A stretch of 60,101 nucleotides of DNA, taken from contig JBDNFH010000127.1 of the NCBI GenBank assembly GCA_041689915.1, positions 1 through 60,101 on the forward strand, read 5' to 3'. A model generated the notes under the pieces. It did not search any database. It saw only the letters and a program-made list of their open reading frames with translations, and had not been told where the DNA came from. The position numbers were made by a program, and so were the translations under genes. Of the stretch, positions 23,802 through 33,749 are shown piece after piece. Position 1 is the stretch's first letter, and each line of letters opens with the position of its first letter. The stretch is from Candidatus Nanopelagicales bacterium. Lineage in GTDB: Bacteria > Actinomycetota > Actinomycetes > S36-B12.

Positions 23802-24401
23802 TTACTGCGATCCAGTGAGCGTGCCTTTAGTTGACGGCACTCCCACCACGCGGGAATCTCGGGCAACGGCGGTACGCAATGAGCGGGCAACACTCTTAAA
23901 TTGCGCTTCGACGACATGGTGGGCATTGCGCCCAACAAGTACATTGACATGAAGGGTTATTTGTGATGTCGCAACGATTGATTCCCAAATATGGCGGGTC
24001 AGAGTCGTGTCGTAACTCCCGATTAACTCAACCAGTTCAGGTTCAGTGTGCACCAAATAAGAGCGACCAGAGAGGTCTACGGCGCTTTGTACCAAGCATT
24101 CATCAAGTGGAACCAGTGCATCTCCGTATCGAGTGAGACCGGACCGATCCCCCAATGCCTGATTGAATGCCTGGCCAAGTGCCAAACTCGTGTCCTCAAC
24201 GGTGTGGTGTGCATCAACATGCAGGTCACCTTTTGTGTTTACCTCTAAATCAAATCCACCATGTTTTGCCAATTGAGCGAGCATGTGATCAAAGAAGGGC
24301 ACACCCGTCTCAATGGTGCTTTGCCCGGTGCCGTCAAGTGATAACTCAACGAGCACGCTGCTTTCCTTGGTCTCGCGTTCAATCCGTGCAATTCTGGTCA
24401 T
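23802..24401 (-). CDS. hisB: Imidazoleglycerol-phosphate dehydratase
   Basis: 199 aa with two metal-binding motifs, DAHHTVED and GRNAHHVVEA. Confidence 0.95.
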   Translation of the reverse strand: MTRIARIERETKESSVLVELSLDGTGQSTIETGVPFFDHMLAQLAKHGGFDLEVNTKGDLHVDAHHTVEDTSLALGQAFNQALGDRSGLTRYGDALVPLDECLVQSAVDLSGRSYLVHTEPELVELIGSYDTTLTRHIWESIVATSQITLHVNVLVGRNAHHVVEAQFKSVARSLRTAVARDSRVVGVPSTKGTLTGSQ

Positions 24402-24417
24402 GTGTTTCCTCCTGTGC

Positions 24418-25512
24418 TCAGACTAACGTTCTAAGACATTTGACAAATATTTCATTCTCGCTTGCAGTGCCGATAGTCACCCGAAGCCAACCGGAAGGGC
24501 CGGTTTCTCGAATGAGGATTCCGTGGTCGAATAGTGCGCTCCAAATCTCGTGTCGATCGGCGAACTCACCAATGAACAGGAAGTTTGCATCACTTTGAGC
24601 AACAGCAAGACCCATACCTGCCAGTTCACTCGCCATGTGATTTCGCGCATTCGTAATTTCGGTAACGCGATCAAGTGACTCGCTGGCAAAGCCCAATGCG
24701 GCGATTGCTGCAGCCTGTGAAATTGCCGACAGGTGATAAGGCAATCGCACCAATTTAAGTGCTTGGACAATCTCGCTGCCACTCACCGCGCAGTAGCCAA
24801 GGCGCCCGCCTGCATAACCAAATGCTTTGCTCATGGTTCGAGAAACCACTAGATTTGGATAGGAATCAAGCAGGGTCAGCGCCGTTGCCCCACGATCGCT
24901 GCGAAACTCTGCGTACGCTTCGTCCACGACAACCAAAGCGCCAATTTCCTTCGCGGCAATCACGATCGCCTCAATGTCCGCCAACGCGATCGACGTCCCC
25001 GTTGGATTATTTGGTGAAGTAAGAATCACGAGAGTGGGCTTGTGCTCAGACACTGCCGCAATTGCTGAATCAACGTCGATAGTGAAGTCACTTCGACGAG
25101 ACACCGACACCATTTCAGTAAATGAATCCCGGGCATATTCCGGGTACATTGAATAGGTGGGATCAAATGTCAACGCTTTTGTCCCCGGGCCACCAAATGC
25201 GCTAAATAATTGCGCCATAATTTCATTAGATCCATTGGCCGCCCAAATGCGCTCAACATTGATGTCCACCCCGGACTCCAGGTCAAGGTAGGCCGCCAGC
25301 GCCACACGCAGGTCCACTGAGTCGCGATCGGGGTACCTATTAATCCCTCGGGTTGCAGCACCAACAGCCTGCGAAATCGCCGCGACCACTGCCTCACTTG
25401 GTGGATACGGGTTCTCATTTACATTCAGCCGGACCGGCACCGGATCAGCCGGTGCACCGTAGGGCGTTTGCCCTTTGAGATCGCGGCGCAACGGTAATGT
25501 GAACTCGCTCAC
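24418..25512 (-). CDS. hisC: Histidinol-phosphate aminotransferase
   Basis: 364 aa with the PLP-lysine motif [17 protein letters not shown]. It overlaps the hisD stop by 4 nt. Confidence 0.93.
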   Translation of the reverse strand: MSEFTLPLRRDLKGQTPYGAPADPVPVRLNVNENPYPPSEAVVAAISQAVGAATRGINRYPDRDSVDLRVALAAYLDLESGVDINVERIWAANGSNEIMAQLFSAFGGPGTKALTFDPTYSMYPEYARDSFTEMVSVSRRSDFTIDVDSAIAAVSEHKPTLVILTSPNNPTGTSIALADIEAIVIAAKEIGALVVVDEAYAEFRSDRGATALTLLDSYPNLVVSRTMSKAFGYAGGRLGYCAVSGSEIVQALKLVRLPYHLSAISQAAAIAALGFASESLDRVTEITNARNHMASELAGMGLAVAQSDANFLFIGEFADRHEIWSALFDHGILIRETGPSGWLRVTIGTASENEIFVKCLRTLV

Positions 25513-26828
25513 TGCTGCGTCCGAACGGAGATCGCCTGCCCGTGTGCGGGCAAATCTTCAGCGCTTGAGAGTGCCAGCACGTGGGGCGCAACCTCGATCA
25601 AGGCCTGCCGTGAATATTCAATAATGTGAATTCCACGCAGAAAAGTCTGAACAGATAAACCTGATGAATGTTTCGCAGATCCCGCTGTGGGCAAAACATG
25701 GTTGGAACCAGCGCAGTAATCACCGAGTGAGACCGGAGCGTAGGTTCCAACAAAAATTGCGCCAGCATGTTTGACCCTGCGCGCAACTTCGCGCGCATTC
25801 TCGACATGTATTTCTAAATGTTCAGCAGCGTAGTCGTTGACAACCGCTAGACCTTGTTCAAGATCAGCGACCAAAATAATCGCACTTTGAACGCCACGAA
25901 GTGCAGTTTCAATGCGCTCTGCGTGCTTGGCCAGAGGCACCCGTGTGGCGAGTGAGTCCTCAACCCGATTGGCCAACTCTTCACTGTTTGTCACTAAAAC
26001 CGCAGCGGCAAGTTCGTCATGCTCAGCTTGACTGATTAAGTCTGCGGCAACGTGTACAGGGTCCGCCGTGTCATCGGCCAAAATCAAGATCTCAGTAGGC
26101 CCCGCTTCCGAATCAATGCCAATAATTCCCTGCAATGCGCGCTTGGCCGCGGTCACATAAATATTTCCAGGACCTGTTACCAAATCAACCGGGCGGCACT
26201 CCCCTTCGGGAAGTTGAACTCCAAAGGCCAACATGGCGACCGCTTGGGCACCACCAACGGAATAAAGTTCCTCAATTCCCAAAAGATGACACGCAGCCAT
26301 GATCACCGGGTGTGGCCAACCACCCCAGTCTTTCTGAGGTGGCGAGACAACAGCAATAGATCCAACGCCAGCGATCTGCGCTGGAACAACGTTCATAACG
26401 ACACTGCTTGGATAGACCGCCTGGCCACCGGGGACATAAAGCCCCACGCGATCAACCGGGATCCACCTCTCCGTGACAGTTCCACCGGCAACTACCTGGG
26501 TAACGCTTTCACCGCGCACTTGGCCCGAGTGCACAATTCGCGCCCGTCGGATGGATTCAAGCAATGCTGCCCGCACGCAGGGATCGAGGTTTGCTGCAGC
26601 ATTTTCCAGTTCTGCGGCCGGAACCCGAAGTGACGGTGGCGTAATGCCGTCAAGGGTGAGTGACCAACGCGCAATAGCCTCCGCGCCATTTTCGCGAATA
26701 TCTTCCAAGATTGGGGCGATTATTTTTGTGGCGTCGGCGACATTGGTGGCGGCTCGAGCCACCACGTTGGTCAAGGAATTGCCGACTGGAGCGTTCTCTC
26801 GCAGATCAATGCGCCGAATCATGAACAT
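25509..26828 (-). CDS. hisD: Histidinol dehydrogenase
   Basis: The ORF track extends to 27062, across the divergent neighbour. The conserved HisD N-terminus ([10 protein letters not shown]...) begins at the ATG at 26828 or 26822. The [10 protein letters not shown] and [13 protein letters not shown] motifs are present. Confidence 0.92.
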   Translation of the reverse strand: MFMIRRIDLRENAPVGNSLTNVVARAATNVADATKIIAPILEDIRENGAEAIARWSLTLDGITPPSLRVPAAELENAAANLDPCVRAALLESIRRARIVHSGQVRGESVTQVVAGGTVTERWIPVDRVGLYVPGGQAVYPSSVVMNVVPAQIAGVGSIAVVSPPQKDWGGWPHPVIMAACHLLGIEELYSVGGAQAVAMLAFGVQLPEGECRPVDLVTGPGNIYVTAAKRALQGIIGIDSEAGPTEILILADDTADPVHVAADLISQAEHDELAAAVLVTNSEELANRVEDSLATRVPLAKHAERIETALRGVQSAIILVADLEQGLAVVNDYAAEHLEIHVENAREVARRVKHAGAIFVGTYAPVSLGDYCAGSNHVLPTAGSAKHSSGLSVQTFLRGIHIIEYSRQALIEVAPHVLALSSAEDLPAHGQAISVRTQQ

Positions 26829-26839
26829 GAGTTTAGTCT

Positions 26840-27526
26840 GTGCGTGTGGTTGCCAATATCCCGCTCTTTCCGCTGAACACCATTCTGGTGCCGGGCTTGG
26901 TACTTCCACTTCACATTTTTGAACCTCGCTACCGTTTAATGGTCCAAGAGCTGCTGGAAAACCCGGAGGATGAAGAACGTGAGTTTGGAATAGTTGCCGT
27001 CCGCGACGGCCACAATATTTCAGAATCTGGCATTGATGCACTGCATCCGGTTGGCACTTCAACGATTGTACGTGAAGTAACCTCCCATGAAGATGGTCGC
27101 TACGACCTTGTCACTACAGGTTCACGCCGGTTTCACATTAACTCACTGGATGCCAGCGCACCTCTTTTACGTGCCGAAGTAGAATGGCTCCCCGAACCCA
27201 AAACCCCTCAGACAGAAGAAATCGCGCTGCTCACAAGTAAAGCCCTCAATGATTTTTCTGCCTATCGCGCTGCTCTCGCGGGAGAGCTCAATGGCAATAT
27301 ATCAATGTCTGAGGAATTACCGACAGACCCTACAATTGTCTCCTACCTCTTGACCGCCGCGATTCTGCTTCCAACGGCCGAACGTCAGGAATTACTCGCA
27401 GCCCACAGCAGTCAGGATCGACTTGTTCGCATTCGCACCCTTCTCAAACGAGAGACTGGGCTAATAACTCATTTCGGCGCTTTACCAGCGATTGATTTGT
27501 TGTCGAATTATTTGTCGCCCAATTAG
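26840..27526 (+). CDS. Stand-alone LON N-terminal (substrate-binding) domain protein
   Basis: 228 aa with [28 protein letters not shown], typical of the LON-N/PUA-like domain. There is no AAA+ or protease domain. The start is the GTG at 26840 or 26846. Confidence 0.8.
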   Translation: MRVVANIPLFPLNTILVPGLVLPLHIFEPRYRLMVQELLENPEDEEREFGIVAVRDGHNISESGIDALHPVGTSTIVREVTSHEDGRYDLVTTGSRRFHINSLDASAPLLRAEVEWLPEPKTPQTEEIALLTSKALNDFSAYRAALAGELNGNISMSEELPTDPTIVSYLLTAAILLPTAERQELLAAHSSQDRLVRIRTLLKRETGLITHFGALPAIDLLSNYLSPN

Positions 27527-27538
27527 ACTCTATTTACG

Positions 27539-28018
27539 ATGAAACCCCTGGCAATTACTCCAGCAACGGTCGCTCTGGATTCACTGCGCATTCCCTACAC
27601 ACTGCATAAATTCAAGAGTGAAGTGAGGGCCGGGTTTGGCAGAGAGGCTGCAAGCAATATGAATCTTGATCAAAGTCAAGTATTCAAAACTATTATGTTC
27701 GGAGATAAAAACGTAGCCGCCGTTGCTATTTCACCAGTTTCACGAAAAATTAGTTCGAAGAAACTGGCCACCGCGATCGGTGCCCGCTCACTTGAGCCGA
27801 TGGATGCAGCCCTTGCCCAACGCATCAGTGGTTATGTTTTGGGTGGCATCAGCCCATTCGGTCAAAAGAAGGAACTCACAACGGTGATCGACGCAAGTGC
27901 CCACACATTTGAGAGCATTTATGTCAGCGGCGGTCGCCGTGGCCTTGAAATCTGCATTTCTCCGGCCGACTTAGTTCGAGTACTTGATGCACTTACCGCA
28001 GAGATTCAGGCCGAGTAA
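27539..28018 (+). CDS. ybaK: YbaK/EbsC-family Cys-tRNA(Pro) deacylase
   Basis: 159 aa with the YbaK-fold motifs (KTIMF, GYVLGGISPFGQKK). Confidence 0.85.
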   Translation: MKPLAITPATVALDSLRIPYTLHKFKSEVRAGFGREAASNMNLDQSQVFKTIMFGDKNVAAVAISPVSRKISSKKLATAIGARSLEPMDAALAQRISGYVLGGISPFGQKKELTTVIDASAHTFESIYVSGGRRGLEICISPADLVRVLDALTAEIQAE

Positions 28019-28551
28019 CTCTTGTGGCGTTTCCGCTCGGCCAAGGAGTCTCCCAACGCCATGATCAGGATCACCAAGCTTGAACCAATGGGCCACATCA
28101 AGAGCATTGCGGGCAACGTCACTTCAAGTGGGCCATCAAGCACGGTTGAATCCGGAATCTCAACATTTACTAAGTCAACAAAGCCCAAATGTGAGCCAAC
28201 CCACCACATTGCCCAGGTACCTACCGCAGAAGATGCAAGTGCTGCAATCAAGGAAGCTAACAGGTGCTCCCGGCGCATTGAAATCAAACCAATGGCGATC
28301 AATACACCGGCGATGGCACCAAGTGCACCAAAAGCAATATTGGCGGCAAAATATTCTTGGGGTTGAAAGCCTTCGGGGACGACCCGATCGGGATAAACGA
28401 CCACGGACACGCGTGGGGCCAAGGCCCACCACAGTACTCCCAGTGCGCCGCCTGATAGGGCTCCCGCGATCACTCCAGTGACAAACACTGTTAATGCATT
28501 GCGTCTTCTCTCTGGCACTTCACTGCGCTCGGTACTCACTAAATCAGACAT
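28006..28551 (-). CDS. Hypothetical 4-TM membrane protein
   Basis: 181 aa with four hydrophobic helices and no recognisable catalytic motif. It overlaps the dnaE stop by 13 nt and converges on ybaK with a 13-nt overlap. Confidence 0.6.
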   Translation of the reverse strand: MSDLVSTERSEVPERRRNALTVFVTGVIAGALSGGALGVLWWALAPRVSVVVYPDRVVPEGFQPQEYFAANIAFGALGAIAGVLIAIGLISMRREHLLASLIAALASSAVGTWAMWWVGSHLGFVDLVNVEIPDSTVLDGPLEVTLPAMLLMWPIGSSLVILIMALGDSLAERKRHKSYSA

Positions 28552-31500
28552 GACGAGCCTAATAGTGCCTTCAAATCACCAAAGAGCGAAGGGGAGGGGG
28601 TAACTCGATACACGTCGTCAAGCTTCATCACGGTCGTTGATGTTCCACCCGTCAGGTGCAATTGCACCTCGGTAGTACCGGGATGTTGGGCCAAAATATT
28701 TTTTAGACGTGCAACAAGCGGCGGGACGCAACGGGTCGCCGCCATGGTTAACCGAACTGGTCCCGTTGGCGCGCCCGATAGATCCGGTGTATGTACTTCA
28801 AGGGCAATCGCTCTAATTCCATCTTCATCACTTCGATCAATCTTGGTGCGAATCACCAAGATCGAGTCATCGACCAAAAGTGTTCCAAATGATGCGTACG
28901 AAGCTGGGAACACCATGACTTCAAGGCTTCCTTCAAGGTCTTCAAGGGTCACGATCGCCCAGGCCGAACCTTTCTTGGTGGTTTTGCGCACAACACTGGT
29001 GACCAGACCACCCAATGAAACCACTTGTCCATCAAGGTGTTCGTCAATCAGGACAGATGCAATGCTCCGATCTGAGAGTTGCGCCAATGCGCTTTCCATG
29101 CCAAAGAGGGGGTGATCAGATACGTACAGGCCCAACATGTCACGTTCGTGTGCCAATAAAAGCGACTTCTCCCATTCGGTGATCCCAATTACCGGTCGTT
29201 CGATTAGTGACTCGTCGGCGCTCTCTTCTAACCCACCGAATAGGTCGAACTGCCCAATCGCCTCAGAACGTTTGATGTCGACCGCAGCATCAATTATTTG
29301 TTCGTGCACCGCAGCCAACCCCTTGCGGGTATGGCCCAAACTGTCAAATGCACCCGCTTTAACCAACGATTCGACAACGCGCCTATTGCACACCGCAATA
29401 TCCACTTTGGCAATAAAGTCATGGAAGTCAGCGAAACGACCAACCTTGTTTCGTGTGGCAATAATGGACTCCACGACATTGGTTCCCACATTACGAATAG
29501 CGGTCAATCCAAAACGGATATCACTTCCACGTGGGGTGTAGTTTGCATCAGAATCGTTTACATCAGGTGGTAACACCTTGATTCCCATGCGACGACATTC
29601 ATTGAGATAAATCGCCGAGCGTTCTTTGTCATCGGCCATTGAAGTGAGCAGAGCCGCCATGTATTCAGCCGGGTAATTAGCTTTTAAGTACGCGGTCCAA
29701 TAAGACACAAGTCCGTAACCGGCAGTGTGGGCTTTATTGAATGCGTAGTCAGAGAAGGGGACAAGTACTTCCCACAACTTATTAATCGCGGGGTCGGAGA
29801 ATCCACGTTCGCGCATCCCACTACTAAATGGAACGAATTCTTGTTCAAGAATTTCCTTCTTCTTCTTGCCCATTGCCCGGCGAAGTAGATCCGCCTTACC
29901 CAGTGAATATCCGGCTAACTGCTGTGCAATTGCCATGACCTGTTCTTGATAGACGATCAGCCCGTAGGTGTCCCCAAGAATCTCGCTTAATGGTTCTTCA
30001 AGTTCAGGGTGGATCGGGACAACCGGCTTGCGACCATTTTTCCGATCCGCGTAGTCATTGTGCGCATTCGCGCCCATGGGCCCTGGTCGGTAAAGCGCGA
30101 GAACCGCCGAAATATCTTCGAAATTGTCCGGCGCCATAGATCGCAACAGTGAACGCATCGGGCCACCATCAAGTTGGAAAACCCCCAATGTGTCACCGCG
30201 GGACAGTAATTCATAAGCTACCTTGTCATCAAGTGTCAACGTTTCTAAAACAACTTCAGCGCCCGTATTGCGTTTAATATTTCCAAGACAGTCGTCGAGG
30301 ACGCTGAGGTTGCGTAGTCCCAGGAAGTCCATTTTGAGCAGGCCAAGGGATTCACATGCTCCCATGTCAAACTGAGTAATAATCGCGCCATCTTGTTCCC
30401 GCTTCCACACCGGAATAACGTCCATGAGTGGCTCGCTACACAGAATTACTCCTGCGGCGTGCACGCCTGGTTGGCGCTTAAGCCCCTCAAGTCCCCTGGC
30501 CGTGTCCACGACAGTTTGGACTTGCGGATCACTTGCATAGAGTGCACGAAACTCTGCAGCTTCCGAGTAACGGGAATCATTTGGATCAAATGCACCGTTG
30601 AGCGTGATGTCTTTGCCCATAACAGCCGGTGGCATTGCTTTCGTGATTCGATCACCCACCGAATAGGGCAAACCCAGGACGCGGGCACTGTCTTTAATCG
30701 CCGCTTTTGCTTTAATGGAACCGTAAGTGACGATCTGCGCGACCCGCTCTTCACCGTACTTCTCCGTTGCGTAACGGATCATGTCTGAGCGGCGCCGTTC
30801 ATCAAAGTCAATGTCAATATCGGGCATTGAGATTCGCTCAGGATTAAGGAATCGCTCGAACAGCAATCCGTGCTCAATAGGATCAAGGTCGGTAATGCCC
30901 AATGCATAAGCAATCATGGCACCCGCGGCGGAACCACGACCGGGTCCCACTCGAATCCCACTGTTTTTCGCATGCTGCACCAGATCGGCGACCACCAGAA
31001 AGTACCCGGGGAAGCCCATTTGGGCGATGACACCCAATTCGTATTCGGCTTGCGTACGCACTTTGTCGGTAACTCCGGTCGGGTACCTGCGCGCTAAACC
31101 AATTTCAACTTCCTTGACCAACCAGGACTCTTCACTCTCTCCTGCTGGAATGTCAGCGCGCGGCATGAGGTTAGCGCCTTCATTGAATTCAACATTGCAG
31201 CGCTCGGCGACCAAGAGAGTGTTGTCACATGCTTCTGGGAATTCACGCCACAGATCTCGCATTTGAGCCGCCGACTTTAAATAGAAATCACGGGCGTTGA
31301 ATCTGAATCGTTTCGGATCGTCGAGTGTTGTTCGTGTTCCGATACACAGCAAAACGTCATGTGTATCAGCATCGCTTTCATGGACGTAGTGCATGTCGTT
31401 AGTAGCAATTAATGGCAAATCGAGTGCCTTGGCGATTTTGATCAAGTCCGGCATGAAGTTGCGCTCAATCGCAAGCCCGTGATCCATGATCTCGGCAAAG

Positions 31501-32084
31501 AAATTACCCTCACCGAAAATATCCCGGTAATCCGCTGCGCTCGCCAAGGCTTTCTTGTATTGTCCAGCCTGCAACCAACGATTCACTTCACCGCTTGCGC
31601 ACCCGGTTGTTCCGATGAGACCTTTGCCGAAGCGGTCCAATAGTTCACGGTCAAAGCGAGGCTTGTGGTAGTAGCCCTCGATACTGGCAAGTGAGGACAG
31701 CCGGAATAAATTGTGCATCCCCTGTGTGTTTTCCGCCCAGAGAGTCATATGCGTATAACTGTGCTTACCGCGACCTGCCCCCGGGTCTTCAGGGGCTCCC
31801 TCATCAAAGCCACCACCGAAATCAAATTGGGAACGCTCAAAACGACCCTGAGGTGCGTAATATCCTTCAAGCCCAATGATCGGCTTTACTCCGTGCGCTT
31901 TTCCCTTTTTCCAGAAATCGTAGGCGCCATAAAGGTTGCCGTGATCCGTCATGGCAATAGCCGGCATCCCTTGTTCTTTTGCCGCGATGAAAAGGTCGTC
32001 AAGTTTTGAGGCACCGTCAAGCATCGAGTATTCGGTATGCACATGAAGGTGGGCAAAATCGCCCTTACCTACCGACTCACCCAC
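28539..32084 (-). CDS. dnaE: DNA polymerase III alpha subunit (DnaE1 type)
   Basis: 1181 aa with the PHP domain HLHVHTEYSMLDGA and polymerase core, HhH and OB domains. The length is normal, so there is no intein. Confidence 0.96.
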   Translation of the reverse strand: MGESVGKGDFAHLHVHTEYSMLDGASKLDDLFIAAKEQGMPAIAMTDHGNLYGAYDFWKKGKAHGVKPIIGLEGYYAPQGRFERSQFDFGGGFDEGAPEDPGAGRGKHSYTHMTLWAENTQGMHNLFRLSSLASIEGYYHKPRFDRELLDRFGKGLIGTTGCASGEVNRWLQAGQYKKALASAADYRDIFGEGNFFAEIMDHGLAIERNFMPDLIKIAKALDLPLIATNDMHYVHESDADTHDVLLCIGTRTTLDDPKRFRFNARDFYLKSAAQMRDLWREFPEACDNTLLVAERCNVEFNEGANLMPRADIPAGESEESWLVKEVEIGLARRYPTGVTDKVRTQAEYELGVIAQMGFPGYFLVVADLVQHAKNSGIRVGPGRGSAAGAMIAYALGITDLDPIEHGLLFERFLNPERISMPDIDIDFDERRRSDMIRYATEKYGEERVAQIVTYGSIKAKAAIKDSARVLGLPYSVGDRITKAMPPAVMGKDITLNGAFDPNDSRYSEAAEFRALYASDPQVQTVVDTARGLEGLKRQPGVHAAGVILCSEPLMDVIPVWKREQDGAIITQFDMGACESLGLLKMDFLGLRNLSVLDDCLGNIKRNTGAEVVLETLTLDDKVAYELLSRGDTLGVFQLDGGPMRSLLRSMAPDNFEDISAVLALYRPGPMGANAHNDYADRKNGRKPVVPIHPELEEPLSEILGDTYGLIVYQEQVMAIAQQLAGYSLGKADLLRRAMGKKKKEILEQEFVPFSSGMRERGFSDPAINKLWEVLVPFSDYAFNKAHTAGYGLVSYWTAYLKANYPAEYMAALLTSMADDKERSAIYLNECRRMGIKVLPPDVNDSDANYTPRGSDIRFGLTAIRNVGTNVVESIIATRNKVGRFADFHDFIAKVDIAVCNRRVVESLVKAGAFDSLGHTRKGLAAVHEQIIDAAVDIKRSEAIGQFDLFGGLEESADESLIERPVIGITEWEKSLLLAHERDMLGLYVSDHPLFGMESALAQLSDRSIASVLIDEHLDGQVVSLGGLVTSVVRKTTKKGSAWAIVTLEDLEGSLEVMVFPASYASFGTLLVDDSILVIRTKIDRSDEDGIRAIALEVHTPDLSGAPTGPVRLTMAATRCVPPLVARLKNILAQHPGTTEVQLHLTGGTSTTVMKLDDVYRVTPSPSLFGDLKALLGSSCLI

Positions 32085-32199
32085 GCAATCACCCTTATCA
32101 ATTCACAACTCGTCCGCTTACAAACCACTAGCACAAATCCCGCCACCGGATCCACTTCTCACATTCATCTACACAAGGGGAAGGTGCAGAAAACAGTTA

Positions 32200-33126
32200 T
32201 CAAGCGTCGCGCAAAATTCCAAGTGCGCGGGTGAGGTCTTCACTGTATTTACTTGTTAATTCAACTCGTTCGCCGGTCCGTGGGTGATCAAATGCAAGTT
32301 CAACCGCGTGTAACCATTGGCGATCTAGACCTAATCGAGCCGCTAAAACCGGATCTCCACCGTACATGGTGTCACCCCCAATTGGGTGACGCATCGCGGA
32401 CATATGTACCCGAATTTGATGGGTTCGACCGGTTTCGAGCTGCACGTGAACCAGTGAAGCGTGACGGAAGGCTTCTAGGGTCTCATAGTGGGTAATGCTG
32501 TGCTTACCATCTTTTGTGATCGCATATTTGTACTCGTGCCCTGGGTGACGTCCAATTGCTGCATCAATCGTTCCCACGAGTGGATCCAGTAGGCCTTGAA
32601 CGACGGCGTGATAGACCTTGTTGACTTCCCGGTTGCGGAATAGATTTTTCATTCTGGAATAGGACATTTCGTTCTTGGCCACAGCCATGAGGCCAGAAGT
32701 ACCGGCATCAAGTCGATGGACAATTCCTTCGCGCTCGGGGGCTCCCGAGGTACTGATTGTGTAGCCGGCCGCAGCCAGCCCACCAATCACGGTGGGACCC
32801 TCCCAGCCTCGGCTTGGGTGCGCCGCAACCCCGGCTGGTTTATCAACGACAACTAAATCTGAGTCGTCGTAAATAATCGTCATTCCTGGAACTGGCTCGG
32901 CGATAATCTCAATGGTTTCTTTAGTCGGAGAAATATCTAAATCTACATCAATCCGTTGGCCTTCAACGACCCGATCACTCTTCACCAATGGGCGATCAGA
33001 AATACAGATTGCACCCGCCTCAATGAGTGCGGCCGCAGCGGAACGACTAAGCCCCAAAAGTCGGGTTAATGCAACGTCAAGCCGCTCCCCTGCGAGACCT
33101 TCCGGAATAGTGAACTCACGGATCAC
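32200..33126 (-). CDS. rluD: RluA/RluD-family 23S rRNA pseudouridine synthase
   Basis: 308 aa with an S4 domain at the N-terminus and the catalytic [11 protein letters not shown] motif. Confidence 0.9.
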   Translation of the reverse strand: MIREFTIPEGLAGERLDVALTRLLGLSRSAAAALIEAGAICISDRPLVKSDRVVEGQRIDVDLDISPTKETIEIIAEPVPGMTIIYDDSDLVVVDKPAGVAAHPSRGWEGPTVIGGLAAAGYTISTSGAPEREGIVHRLDAGTSGLMAVAKNEMSYSRMKNLFRNREVNKVYHAVVQGLLDPLVGTIDAAIGRHPGHEYKYAITKDGKHSITHYETLEAFRHASLVHVQLETGRTHQIRVHMSAMRHPIGGDTMYGGDPVLAARLGLDRQWLHAVELAFDHPRTGERVELTSKYSEDLTRALGILRDA

Positions 33127-33698
33127 GAATCCAACCTATCGGGTGAACTAATGAGTTCCGGCTTTCCGTCAATTGGAACGCCACGAACCAACAAAATTGC
33201 AATCCCGATTCCTGAGGTTACAACTGCCATGTCCGCGAGATTAAATATCGCCCAATATGGCAATTGAATAAAGTCAACAACGAAACCTTGGAATGGACCT
33301 GGTGCACGAAACATCCGATCAATCAGATTGCCAAGTGAGCCGCCGAGTAAGCCGCCAAGCGCCAACGCCCACGGCAGGCTCGCGAGTTTGCGTGCGTATC
33401 GGAAGATAACAAATACAACGGCGATCGCAATCAATGTGAACACCCATGTGATCCCAGTCCCCATCGAGAAAGCGGCCCCAGTATTTTCCGTGTACGTGAA
33501 TTTGAGGAAACCGCCCAAGAACTCGATAGGTCCTTCACCTGCCACCCTACGCGGAAGTAAATACTCTTGCGCCCAATATTTCGTGAGCTGGTCAAAACCG
33601 ATAATGACCAGTGCCGTTACGCCAAAAATAGAAAGTTCGCGTCGATTTCGCTCCGCCCGTTGACTACTCGCGGCAGCAATAGGTTCGGACACCCCCAC
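33123..33698 (-). CDS. lspA: Lipoprotein signal peptidase (signal peptidase II)
   Basis: 191 aa with the motifs NTGAAFS and FNLADMAV. It overlaps the rluD start by 4 nt. Confidence 0.92.
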   Translation of the reverse strand: MGVSEPIAAASSQRAERNRRELSIFGVTALVIIGFDQLTKYWAQEYLLPRRVAGEGPIEFLGGFLKFTYTENTGAAFSMGTGITWVFTLIAIAVVFVIFRYARKLASLPWALALGGLLGGSLGNLIDRMFRAPGPFQGFVVDFIQLPYWAIFNLADMAVVTSGIGIAILLVRGVPIDGKPELISSPDRLDS

Positions 33699-33749
33699 AC
33701 TCTACGCGAGTACGAGCAAGTGGTCGCCCAGACGCACATACAGGCGCAC

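Noticed and set aside
26829-27062. The 78-codon N-terminal extension of the hisD ORF.
   Set aside because: It runs antisense through the conserved start of the LON-domain gene. HisD homology begins at MFMIRRIDL.
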